Assembly: GCA_045047115.1 (NCBI GenBank)
Contig: JASFYR010000010.1
Span: 64,001 to 128,000 of the forward strand
From: Sulfurospirillum sp.
GTDB lineage: Bacteria; Campylobacterota; Campylobacteria; Campylobacterales; Sulfurospirillaceae
DNA length: 64,000 nt
Direction of reading: 5' to 3'
Position 1 is the stretch's first letter, and each line of letters starts with the position of its first letter. Below, one piece after another: positions 10,618 to 19,685 of this stretch. A program made the position numbers and the translations under genes. The notes beneath the pieces are model-generated. The model was given only the letters and a program-made list of their open reading frames with translations. It had not been told where the DNA came from and ran no database searches.

Positions 10618-11427
10618 CTATTTTTCAAGATACTCATAAGACTCATTTGCTAAAATAGCCGCACCGAAAGCTGTAGTAATTTGAGGAAATTTTGGTATAA
10701 ATATCTCTTTTGTCAACTCGTTTTCTATAGCATTTACCAAACCTATGTTTAGCGCCGGTCCACCATCGAAATAGATAGCCTCTTTTATGCCCACTCTTTT
10801 TACGAGTTTTATAACTCTTCTGGCTATAGAGTAGTGAACTCCTGCAACTATATCTTCTATACTGTAGTTATTTCCCAACAAACCGATGATTTCAGACTCC
10901 GCAAATACCGCACATGTACTGTTTATAGATAGCGGAGTGCCCTCTGATTTAAAGTGATAATCTCCTAGCTCTTCGACACCAATCTCCAATTTAAGCGCAA
11001 CTACATCCAAAAACTTTCCCGTCCCTGCAGCACATCTGTCATTCATAGCAAAATTTACCACATTTCCTTCGCTATCAAGTGAGATAGCTTTACTATCTTG
11101 TCCGCCTATGTTTATGATGGTTTTTATATCTTTTTCACCCTCAGCCATAGCAGCAGCTTTAGCTCCGATAGCATTTGCCGTGATTTCACTAATCTTCTCA
11201 TTCGCCTCCTTAAATAGTTTTCTTCCGTATCCTGTAGAGACAGTATAAGCTAAATTCTCCTCATTGACGCCCAATTCACCTAAAAGTTCGCCTAGTGCCT
11301 CTTTGGCGTATTTATAAAACATACTCCCGCTTGCATTTATCTTTTTCCCCACTAATTCCCTGTTTTCATCTATGATTGCTATCTTTATAGCGGTTGAGCC
11401 TATATCTATACCTGCAAAATATCTCAC
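10618..11427 (-). CDS. ASKHA-type ATP-dependent [4Fe-4S] activase (HgdC/BcrAD/DCCP-R family)
   Basis: GIDIGSTAIK, TGYGR, SEITA, IGGQDSK, MNDRCAAGTGKFL, STCAVFAESE. Confidence 0.93.
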   Translation of the reverse strand: MRYFAGIDIGSTAIKIAIIDENRELVGKKINASGSMFYKYAKEALGELLGELGVNEENLAYTVSTGYGRKLFKEANEKISEITANAIGAKAAAMAEGEKDIKTIINIGGQDSKAISLDSEGNVVNFAMNDRCAAGTGKFLDVVALKLEIGVEELGDYHFKSEGTPLSINSTCAVFAESEIIGLLGNNYSIEDIVAGVHYSIARRVIKLVKRVGIKEAIYFDGGPALNIGLVNAIENELTKEIFIPKFPQITTAFGAAILANESYEYLEK

Positions 11428-12692
11428 TATCTTCTTCTCCTTCTGTTTTTAAGTGACTCTATAAACGCTTCTATTCTCGTTGTTAGCTGTCCCAAATGAC
11501 TCGGACTGTAATCACTCTCGAGATATAAGATAGGAATTCCCTCTTTTTCCATAGCTTCTATAACTGATCTCTGCTCCATCTCATAAACCTGGCAACCTGC
11601 AAAAGCCTGATATACAACACCTTCCGCTTTGTACTCCTTAACCAACTCTATAACTCTTCTAACTCTATCATGATTTTTTGTGAAAATTGGACAAGTACAC
11701 CCTTTTAGGTATCTGTCCGCAACTGCATCAACCATATCATACAAAAACCACTCATCAACACTAACCATATCATTAAAAAGTCTATTTGCCGAACAGGTTT
11801 CATCTGCTACTATTATGCCGTCTGACTGCTCTATAAGTAAAGGAATTTTAAGATTTGGAAAGATTGGAGGAGAGCCCGTATATACAACTCTAGGACTATT
11901 TTTATGGGTCTTATCTTCTGTTTTTATTCTCTGCTTGCACTCTTCATACAGTCTTTGTATTGCCTCTATCCAGTCATCTATCCTGTCAAAAAAGAAGGCA
12001 TTTGTAACTAAAAACATATCTTTTCCCAAAATAGGAGGATTTGGCTCTCTTCTTAATTCATTTAGTTGATGATAAAGGTATTGGGCATAACCTATCTTTT
12101 GGATGACTTTTTTCAGTTTTGTTTTTTTTAATTTCTTGCCCAAATTCTTTGAGAGATTTTTTGTAAATTTTCTTACACTTCTTCGCCAATACTCCCTGCT
12201 CTCTTCACTCTCTTTTGTGCGTGGAAATTCCATATCATATACGAGATAACCCATATCTTCTATAACCGCACCTAATTTTGATTTTTGATCACAGGTAGTA
12301 GGAGATATGACAAAATCGGGCTTATCACTAAAGTTTTTTGAGCTAAATTGACCGATTGTAGCCTTGATTAGAGGACAAGCTTTAGACGGAGCTAAATCAC
12401 TTCCAATCTCATCATCTGTATAAAATCCATTGCAGAGCCTTATGGGAACTGCATCCAGTGCGTAAATAATCTCATAAGGAACCTGTATGCACATCGTTCC
12501 TACTTTGACACTTTTTTTATGAAGAGCCTCTCTTTTACAATAAACTCTCTCATACAAATCATAAAAATAGTCCATATTTTTAGGAGGCTCTATGAAATCG
12601 TGCCTGATTTTATCAAGCATGGATACTGCTTCCATAGCCTTATGACGATTTTGTTTATCTTTAGGAGTTTCTATATCTCTTTTGTGCCTCAT
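11427..12692 (-). CDS. 2-hydroxyacyl-CoA dehydratase superfamily protein, probably double-cubane cluster reductase (DCCP type)
   Basis: Cys68 (GTMC), Cys87 (IRLC), Cys106 (CPLIK), Cys134 (TTCDQK), then DETCSANR, GCTCP, GCQVY and the C-terminal LESDYS...GQLTTRIEAFIE. Single subunit translationally coupled to the activase. Confidence 0.8.
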   Translation of the reverse strand: MRHKRDIETPKDKQNRHKAMEAVSMLDKIRHDFIEPPKNMDYFYDLYERVYCKREALHKKSVKVGTMCIQVPYEIIYALDAVPIRLCNGFYTDDEIGSDLAPSKACPLIKATIGQFSSKNFSDKPDFVISPTTCDQKSKLGAVIEDMGYLVYDMEFPRTKESEESREYWRRSVRKFTKNLSKNLGKKLKKTKLKKVIQKIGYAQYLYHQLNELRREPNPPILGKDMFLVTNAFFFDRIDDWIEAIQRLYEECKQRIKTEDKTHKNSPRVVYTGSPPIFPNLKIPLLIEQSDGIIVADETCSANRLFNDMVSVDEWFLYDMVDAVADRYLKGCTCPIFTKNHDRVRRVIELVKEYKAEGVVYQAFAGCQVYEMEQRSVIEAMEKEGIPILYLESDYSPSHLGQLTTRIEAFIESLKNRRRRR

Positions 12693-13672
12693 TTCTTCTC
12701 TTCTCCAATCTTGTCTACTCTCATCCTCTTTGCAAATCCATCTTTTGTAGAAGTGAAAACTTTAAGTTTAAATATATCTACATGCAGAGCATCCTCTTCG
12801 GGACAGGCCGCTACACACTTCATGCAAAAGATACAGTCATCTCTGAGTATATTTTTACTATTTACATCATCTGCTATATCTTTTATCTGCATATCGCATA
12901 CATTGTAGCAATCTCCACACTTTGTGCATTTGTCTCCATCTTTTTTGAGCCTCAGCAGTGCCCAATCACTAAAGATATAGTGCATTGCACTCATAGGACA
13001 GTAGAAACAAAAAAATCTTTTTTTGATAAAAGAACCCACAAAAAACAGAACTGCAAATGTCACACCAAAAGCTGTCAAAAACAGTGTCGTACCTGTTGAA
13101 AAGTCTATTGTCCACTGCGAAAAATCACCCATAAACAGTGGCGTTATGAGTCTGCCCGGACACATCTTGCAAAATGCACCTCTCCACTGTGTATCTAGCA
13201 GTTCAAGTCCTAGCATCAATGGAAATATGATAACTATAAAAAGGAAAACATATTTGATTTTCTTTAAAAATTGATACTGAGAGCGTGTATATGTGTTATA
13301 GGGTATCTTCAAAAACTTTCTCAAACTTGTTATCCAATCTTGCATAGTTCCCAAAGGACAGGCATATCCGCACCAAGCTTTATTAAAAATTATAAACCAG
13401 GCTAAAAAAGTTAAAAAACCGCTCAAAACACCTATGCTAGCATAGCTAAAAAGCCTACTCCAAGGACGGGCAAGCTGATGTTGCAAACCCAAGAAATAAC
13501 AGTTTCCTCCTGTTTCCCTTGCATACCCACAAGAAAATATAGGCAGGCTTCTTCCCAAATCTATAGCTAAATATCCGCCATACACAAAAACTACAAAGAA
13601 AAACAGTTGCAACCAAAATCTAAATTTTCTCAAATCTCCATGATTTATAAAATCTTTTATCTTACTCATCAA
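12689..13672 (-). CDS. Membrane 4Fe-4S polyferredoxin (NapH/MauN/RdxA-like)
   Basis: WCGYACPLG, FCKMCPG, FCFYCPM, CTKCGDCYNVC, CIFCMKCVAACP; several TM helices. Confidence 0.85.
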   Translation of the reverse strand: MMSKIKDFINHGDLRKFRFWLQLFFFVVFVYGGYLAIDLGRSLPIFSCGYARETGGNCYFLGLQHQLARPWSRLFSYASIGVLSGFLTFLAWFIIFNKAWCGYACPLGTMQDWITSLRKFLKIPYNTYTRSQYQFLKKIKYVFLFIVIIFPLMLGLELLDTQWRGAFCKMCPGRLITPLFMGDFSQWTIDFSTGTTLFLTAFGVTFAVLFFVGSFIKKRFFCFYCPMSAMHYIFSDWALLRLKKDGDKCTKCGDCYNVCDMQIKDIADDVNSKNILRDDCIFCMKCVAACPEEDALHVDIFKLKVFTSTKDGFAKRMRVDKIGEEKK

Positions 13673-15974
13673 AAGTCACCTCACGAAATGGCTTTTGGAC
13701 TTTATATCTATACATAAAGACTCCCGCACTGATAAAAATAAGTAGCAACATAGCTACAATTAAAGCATAAGCAAAAGATTGATAAGCTTCTTTTGAGGGT
13801 ATATATATATCATTGTAACTCACTTTGTAAGAAATATTTTTATCTTTATATGTAGCTACTACTAAAAACTTCTCTTTAAATCTCTTGTTGAACTTATCCC
13901 ACTTTGGATTATAATCTTTTATAAGTTGAAATTTTACTATGCCGTCTCCACCCGATCTGGCACTCTTTTGCCAGCCAAATTGTGTCTTAAAACTTACTTT
14001 TGCGCCTTCAAGAGGTTTACCATCTTTTAAAACTTTAAATCTTACCTCATCCCCGCTGTGTAGCCTATAGTAAAAAGAGTCTTCGTTATCTCTTAGTCTT
14101 AATATATCAAACCCGACCTCTTTTGTAGTTTTTGAAGATATCTTATCTTTTGAAAATATCTCATCCCCTCCATGGTCAAATCTCTTATACTCGTATTTTG
14201 CAACATTGATAAATCGCTTGTTATTTTTAACATAGTACAGCGTATAGTATCCGCTTTTCGGGACTTTAAAAGTGATATTCGCACAACCCCTATCATCTCC
14301 TATCTTTGCATCTGATAAAACTCCGTCAACATTTAAGAGATAAAAAATTCCATCTGCATTTTTTACGCATTTTGGTCTTGCTAACCTCCGAGATACGAGC
14401 CAAAATGTTCGTGTTTGCACACCCTCTTTCGCTCTATTCATATACATCATGCCCATACCGCCTTTTCTTTTAGCAGTAGGATTTCTATCTGTAAAAAAGA
14501 GAGTATCTTTTGGTTTTACGACAATTGCCGCAACTTTGGACTTGCCCCCGGCATGGTGCATTTTACCCCTCTTGGCTCTACTGCCGTGCATACCGCCACT
14601 TGCTCTTGCGTATGTACTCGTGATATGCGCCCTATACTGATTTACACCAAAATAGAAGATGATAAGCATGGCTGCAAACGGAAATGCCACTATCTTTCTT
14701 AACTTATCCGCTTTTATCAATTTAAATCTTTTATATAAAATCACCAGTGCCCAGATGATAGCCACCCACTTGAAGATGTTGAATATCATCAGCCAGTCAT
14801 CACCCCTCTTTGCCAAAGGCGCTACTTTCATACTAAAACCAAAAGCCCAGGCAAAACCCTCTACTATCCTCTTGTATCCTCTTGTAAAAAATCCGCTTAA
14901 TGCATAACCTAAGGACGCAAATATAAAAAGAGGTGCATAAGAGTAGCCAAGATTGTAAAATACATCTTTAAAAGGTTTTTTGAGTATTTTTGAAGCTATA
15001 TACATTCCGACGGTTGCCGCCAAAATTGTAAACACCATAGCATAAAGATAAGCAAAAAGTCCTACCGTATCAACATCTCTCCCAAACAGAGGCTTAAATA
15101 TCTCTGCGCTCTTATACCAAATCATATCTTTAGCCGCTTTACTGCGATCTATACCGTGATGAAATGCCATAGCTATCGGTATGGATGCGAGTATCAGTAT
15201 ATATGCCCAAATCTCTACTTTTAGAGCTTTAAATTTACCAAACAAAGAGGATGACGGCTTTTTAAACTTGAAATTTACAGACTCGCATGCACTTGTACAC
15301 TCCATACATAAAGTACAATCTTCCATAGAGTTTTTTTTATCAAATGTAAAAGGCTTTAAGTTATACGGGCAAGCAGTAGCACAATCAAATGTCTTACATT
15401 CCCTACATGCACTTTTGTAAGTACCAAGCCTTGCAAAAGAAAGCTTTGAAAATGCTCTTGTTACCGTACCTATGGGACATATATATTTACAATAGCTCAT
15501 ATCTTTATACAAAAAGTAAAGCAAAAATGCCAATACACTCATAACTGTAAAAAGCATTGCCGTTCCAAGCGGAGTTCTATAGACTCCAGGATATATGTAG
15601 TAAACTCCCCACCAGCCAACTACAAGTAGAAGCAGACCGATAAAACGGTTTTGCATCCACTCTGGCATACTTTTTTTAAGACCAAATTTTGTGATATATT
15701 TACCCAAAAATCCATGAGGACAGATACCGCAAAATATCCTTCCAAATGTCGGCAGAGTTGCAACCATAAAAAAAGACCAAAACATACCCCAAAACAGAGC
15801 AAAGGTGAAGAGATTGTTTTTTGAAGTATCACTAAAACCTAAAAAAATAGCATAAAAAAACAACCCAAACACAACAACTCTTAAAGCCAATAGAAACTTT
15901 TGATTCTTAAATAAAAAACCGAGGATCTTTTTATTTAATATATCACTTTTATCTCTCTTTATAAAATCTACCAC
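13662..15974 (-). CDS. Membrane polyferredoxin fused to a Met/His-rich linker and a DUF4198-like extracytoplasmic domain
   Basis: GRIFCGICPHG, YCKYICPIG, CRECKTFDCATACP, CTLCMECTSAC; about 10 TM; then GGMHG..KMHH..GGMGMMYM, GDEVRFKVLKDGKPLEGAKV...GDGIVKF and a C-terminal TM. Confidence 0.75.
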   Translation of the reverse strand: MVDFIKRDKSDILNKKILGFLFKNQKFLLALRVVVFGLFFYAIFLGFSDTSKNNLFTFALFWGMFWSFFMVATLPTFGRIFCGICPHGFLGKYITKFGLKKSMPEWMQNRFIGLLLLVVGWWGVYYIYPGVYRTPLGTAMLFTVMSVLAFLLYFLYKDMSYCKYICPIGTVTRAFSKLSFARLGTYKSACRECKTFDCATACPYNLKPFTFDKKNSMEDCTLCMECTSACESVNFKFKKPSSSLFGKFKALKVEIWAYILILASIPIAMAFHHGIDRSKAAKDMIWYKSAEIFKPLFGRDVDTVGLFAYLYAMVFTILAATVGMYIASKILKKPFKDVFYNLGYSYAPLFIFASLGYALSGFFTRGYKRIVEGFAWAFGFSMKVAPLAKRGDDWLMIFNIFKWVAIIWALVILYKRFKLIKADKLRKIVAFPFAAMLIIFYFGVNQYRAHITSTYARASGGMHGSRAKRGKMHHAGGKSKVAAIVVKPKDTLFFTDRNPTAKRKGGMGMMYMNRAKEGVQTRTFWLVSRRLARPKCVKNADGIFYLLNVDGVLSDAKIGDDRGCANITFKVPKSGYYTLYYVKNNKRFINVAKYEYKRFDHGGDEIFSKDKISSKTTKEVGFDILRLRDNEDSFYYRLHSGDEVRFKVLKDGKPLEGAKVSFKTQFGWQKSARSGGDGIVKFQLIKDYNPKWDKFNKRFKEKFLVVATYKDKNISYKVSYNDIYIPSKEAYQSFAYALIVAMLLLIFISAGVFMYRYKVQKPFREVTFDE

Positions 15975-15984
15975 TACCCTCTCC

Positions 15985-16644
15985 TTAAAACATCAGGTTT
16001 TTATTTAGTATGCTTAAGCCTAAAACCACTAAAAACAGAGCTGTAAATCTCTCAACCCATAACTTGTATTTTGCAAATTGCACCAAAACACCCCTTATAA
16101 ATTTTGAAAAAATAAAACCATAAAAAAGTATAGAAAAAAGTACAGCCCCTATACCAAAAAATATGCCGACTCCAACAGCATCATATATAGCGTTGCTATT
16201 CATAGCAACTGCCAAAAGTGTGAGTATGGGAGCACAAGGATTTAGAGACATCATTGCTCCTATAGTAAAGAAGCCTATCTTGTTTGTTTTTTTCTTTTTA
16301 GCATTAAATGGTGTTACGCAAGAGTCCTTGTTCGCAAAACTCTTATAAAAAAGATACGCACCCATAATCATAGTAACAGTGCCCAAAAGAGTATTTGATA
16401 CAAGCGTATCATCTAAGATTTTTTTCACCCAAGAAGAGCTTAGATATGCAATCACCGCCAAAATTGTATAGCTAAAAACTCTTCCAAAACTAAAAGGCAA
16501 TATAACTCCCAAAGCTTCTTTGGTGCTATTTGAATTTGATATAAGCAGAGGTGTTAAAAACGGCATGCATGAAAACATACATGCCGTAGTGCCATAAGAT
16601 AACCCTATGATAAAAACAGAGAAAAATATTGAGTATTCAATCAT
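15985..16644 (-). CDS. DsbD_2/TauE-SafE family membrane protein with Cys motifs
   Basis: About 6 TM; CMFSCMP, FSFGRVFSY and LNPCAP motifs. Confidence 0.75.
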   Translation of the reverse strand: MIEYSIFFSVFIIGLSYGTTACMFSCMPFLTPLLISNSNSTKEALGVILPFSFGRVFSYTILAVIAYLSSSWVKKILDDTLVSNTLLGTVTMIMGAYLFYKSFANKDSCVTPFNAKKKKTNKIGFFTIGAMMSLNPCAPILTLLAVAMNSNAIYDAVGVGIFFGIGAVLFSILFYGFIFSKFIRGVLVQFAKYKLWVERFTALFLVVLGLSILNKNLMF

Positions 16645-16652
16645 GTATTCTC

Positions 16653-18827
16653 TTAAAATTTGTACTTAAATCCAACATAAAAAACACGACCCGGGTCAAC
16701 TGTGATACTTGCATCTTCCGCATCAAGTGTTCCATCTCCACTTTTGTCACTAAAGAGATAAACTGTTCTGTAATATTGTTTGTCAAGTAAGTTATCTACT
16801 CTAGCAAAAAGCTCCAAATCGCCACCTTTGATTTTTGTGTTATATTTGACCAGTAAATTTGCAACACCATATGACGGCATTTTTACAAAATTTGTCTCAT
16901 CTGCATAGTAGCTTGACTGCCAATAGTAAGATGGAACAACCATCCATTTTGGAGCAACTTTAAAATAAGTCATGAGATTTATCTTGTGATGCGGAGTTCT
17001 AGGCAGCTGATTTCCGTTTATGTCATATGTTTTATCTCCAGCAGAACGATAAAGAGGAGCCAAATCAACCGTAAAAGGCTTATGGGAGGTATAAAAAGCA
17101 TCTAAATATGTATAGGCCAATTCAAAAGCAATTTTTTTACTTTTGTCACTCTTTAGTGAAAACTCAACTCCTCTGCTTCTTGCATCACCGATATTATCAA
17201 AATACACATTTGTTCCACCCGAATAGTAAGTTCCTCCAATTTTTCCGATTATATCTTTTGTATCCAGTTGATAAATTGACAAATCATAAGATAGTTTCGT
17301 ATTTGAGACTATCTTATTTCCTCGCACACCAATCTCAATATTAAATGTTGTTTCAGTGTTTATGCCTGTATTATTTTGAGTATATCTGTCTGGATCAAAA
17401 TCATGTGCATACAGCTCATAAACCCTAGGATTTCTAAATCCTGTAGAGACATTTGAGTATAGTGTATTTTTTGCATTTAGTTGATATGTTCCGCCTGCTC
17501 TGTATGAAAAGTTTGTAAAATCCGTATTTCTAGAAGTAGTGCTATCACTCCATATAGTACCATTATAGTCATGTGCGAAAACATTATAATCAAAAGTTGT
17601 GTAGTCTGCCCTTACATTAAATACTGCCATAAATTTTTCATTTACCTTGTATTTGACCTCTCCATAAAGAGCTGAGTTTTTTTCAGATGTACTTGACTTG
17701 GAAGACTCTCCCGTATAGTACCACTTTCCTCTACTTGAATAGGTTTCAGTCTTAATCCAACTATCGTCCAAATCTCTTTGACCCAAATCCAATCCTATCA
17801 TATATGCAAGATTATTTTTTTTGCCTCTGTATTCTGATTTCACCCCATACTGTTTTATATTTTCATTATTATCACTGGTATAGCCATCATCAAGCCCATT
17901 GCCGTTTAAATCTTGAGGGGATGATAAAAAATTATACAGGTCTTGATAGTGATATGTATTTACTCTTAAATTTCCTCCATTTTCAAAATCCCTGTTGTAT
18001 GTCACAAAATATTTATCTATATCAGAATAATAATCACCATTCCAAGGCAAATCACCATCATTAGCACCTGTTGGGTTCGTTTGTGCTGCCGTAACTCCAG
18101 TGACACTTCCCCTACTGCTCTCTTCGTATTTTCTTTCTATGTTGGCACCAACTGTTACATCACTCATATCATCTATGTAGTATTGAAATTTTCCGTTTAC
18201 AGACTTATCTTCAAGTTGACTCATATCCCAGTAACCATCAGTATATCTATAATTTGCATTTATACTAACTGAATATTTATCAGTACCTCTCATCAATGAT
18301 GCCACCAAATCTTTGTAATTTTCACTACCATATTCAAATTTGATACTATTCTCATTTCTATTTTTTGGTTTTTTTGTAGTTATCATAATAGCCCCTGCCA
18401 ATGCATTTCTTCCATATAGGTAACTAGCACCGCCCTTTATAACTTTGATGGACTCTATATCATCGAGATTTAATTTCACCTTTCCTCCGTTTTGAAGAAC
18501 AGGAACACCATCTATCACGACAGCAACACCGGTATCTTCCCACATAAACTCTTGCTGACCAACACCTCTTATGTGTATCTCAACAGTCTCTCCACTTCTT
18601 ACATCAGCGGTAATGCCGGGAATTGTATTTAGAACTTCTCCTATATTTTTTGGATCTACTATTTCTATCTTCTTTTCATCTATTGTATTAACCGTAGAAA
18701 TCTCTGTTTTTTTATCTGTTGTTAAATCAGAAATAGTTGATGATTCAACATTGACAGTCCCTAAATCAGCTGCATTTGCACTCATTAATAAAACACAAAA
18801 TACAGACAAATATACCTTTTTACTCAT
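16653..18827 (-). CDS. TonB-dependent receptor
   Basis: Signal peptide; plug motifs IHIRGVG, VVIDGVP, IESIKVIKGGASYLYGRNALAGAI; NLLDKQY; terminal GFKYKF. RBS AAGGAG upstream. Confidence 0.93.
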   Translation of the reverse strand: MSKKVYLSVFCVLLMSANAADLGTVNVESSTISDLTTDKKTEISTVNTIDEKKIEIVDPKNIGEVLNTIPGITADVRSGETVEIHIRGVGQQEFMWEDTGVAVVIDGVPVLQNGGKVKLNLDDIESIKVIKGGASYLYGRNALAGAIMITTKKPKNRNENSIKFEYGSENYKDLVASLMRGTDKYSVSINANYRYTDGYWDMSQLEDKSVNGKFQYYIDDMSDVTVGANIERKYEESSRGSVTGVTAAQTNPTGANDGDLPWNGDYYSDIDKYFVTYNRDFENGGNLRVNTYHYQDLYNFLSSPQDLNGNGLDDGYTSDNNENIKQYGVKSEYRGKKNNLAYMIGLDLGQRDLDDSWIKTETYSSRGKWYYTGESSKSSTSEKNSALYGEVKYKVNEKFMAVFNVRADYTTFDYNVFAHDYNGTIWSDSTTSRNTDFTNFSYRAGGTYQLNAKNTLYSNVSTGFRNPRVYELYAHDFDPDRYTQNNTGINTETTFNIEIGVRGNKIVSNTKLSYDLSIYQLDTKDIIGKIGGTYYSGGTNVYFDNIGDARSRGVEFSLKSDKSKKIAFELAYTYLDAFYTSHKPFTVDLAPLYRSAGDKTYDINGNQLPRTPHHKINLMTYFKVAPKWMVVPSYYWQSSYYADETNFVKMPSYGVANLLVKYNTKIKGGDLELFARVDNLLDKQYYRTVYLFSDKSGDGTLDAEDASITVDPGRVFYVGFKYKF

Positions 18828-18892
18828 TGTGCCACACTCCTTTTAATAATAATTACTCCAGGACACCACTCCTGGTTTTTTGCGATAAAAGA

Positions 18893-18924
18893 AGTTTAGC
18901 AATGATCTGTTAATCATCTGTTAA
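18893..18924 (-). promoter_or_regulatory. Promoter of TBDR/double-cubane operon with TTAACA-N5-TTAACA direct repeat and extended -10
   Basis: Minus strand reads TTAACAGATGATTAACAGATCATTGCTAAACT. Confidence 0.7.
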
Positions 18925-18952
18925 ATGTTTAATTTTTTCGTCAAAAAATTCA

Positions 18953-18984
18953 TTAACACATTTTTAACACTCTATTGATAAACT
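18953..18984 (+). promoter_or_regulatory. Promoter of regulator/OprC-like operon with TTAACA-N5-TTAACA direct repeat and extended -10
   Basis: TTAACACATTTTTAACACTCTATTGATAAACT; same geometry as the divergent copy. Confidence 0.7.
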
Positions 18985-18990
18985 TCGATA

Positions 18991-19656
18991 ATGAGAAAAA
19001 AGAAAAAAGTTTTATTGCTTGAAGATAACCTTCTGTTTGCCCAGACACTACAAGAGTATTTAGAAGATAAAAATTTTATAGTTGACATCTCAATAGACGG
19101 GGAGGAAGCACTTCAAAAAAGTTACTATACAAATTATGACCTATATCTTTTGGATGTAAAGGTTCCAAAGATAAACGGTATGGATTTTTTAAAAATGCTC
19201 AGAGAGAGCGGAGATGAGAGACCTGCCATGTTCATAACTTCATATCAGGACTTAGAGACTCTTAAAAAAGGCTATATGTTGGGTTGCGATGACTATATGA
19301 AAAAACCTATCGACTTAGAGGAATTATCATATCGCATAGAAGTCCTTCTTAAAAGCAGAAACAAACTGAACACAAAAATGAGATTGAACGATAAGTACTA
19401 TTATGATTTTAAACAAAGAACTATATTTTGTGATGATATCGCTATCAAAGTCTCTATGAAAGCCATACTGTTACTGGAGATTTTTTTGGAAAACAGATCT
19501 AAAGTTGTCACAAAAGAGCAGATAGTGCAAAAGCTTTGGAGTAGTTCGGATGAATACAGTGATGGTTCTATCAGAGTATATGTCAACAAACTAAAAAGCA
19601 TAATAGGTAAAAAAAGTATTGAGAATATAAAAGGTATAGGCTATAAGTTAACTTAG
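18991..19656 (+). CDS. OmpR/PhoB family response regulator (no adjacent kinase)
   Basis: LLLED, LLDVKVP, FITS, DDYMKKP receiver motifs; winged helix IRVYVNKLKSIIG...KGIGY. Confidence 0.93.
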   Translation: MRKKKKVLLLEDNLLFAQTLQEYLEDKNFIVDISIDGEEALQKSYYTNYDLYLLDVKVPKINGMDFLKMLRESGDERPAMFITSYQDLETLKKGYMLGCDDYMKKPIDLEELSYRIEVLLKSRNKLNTKMRLNDKYYYDFKQRTIFCDDIAIKVSMKAILLLEIFLENRSKVVTKEQIVQKLWSSSDEYSDGSIRVYVNKLKSIIGKKSIENIKGIGYKLT

Positions 19657-19685
19657 AGCATAACTTAACTAAAAAGGAGAATAAG

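Noticed and set aside
10618..12692. Amino-acid fermentation dehydratase (HgdABC) or benzoyl-CoA reductase
   Set aside because: Only one dehydratase-like subunit, carrying both Cys sets, and no CoA-transferase, ligase or dehydrogenase genes nearby.
18828..18892. Cobalamin or other riboswitch ahead of the TonB receptor
   Set aside because: Predicted leader is about 60 nt with only a small CCAGGA..TCCTGG hairpin; no recognisable riboswitch core.
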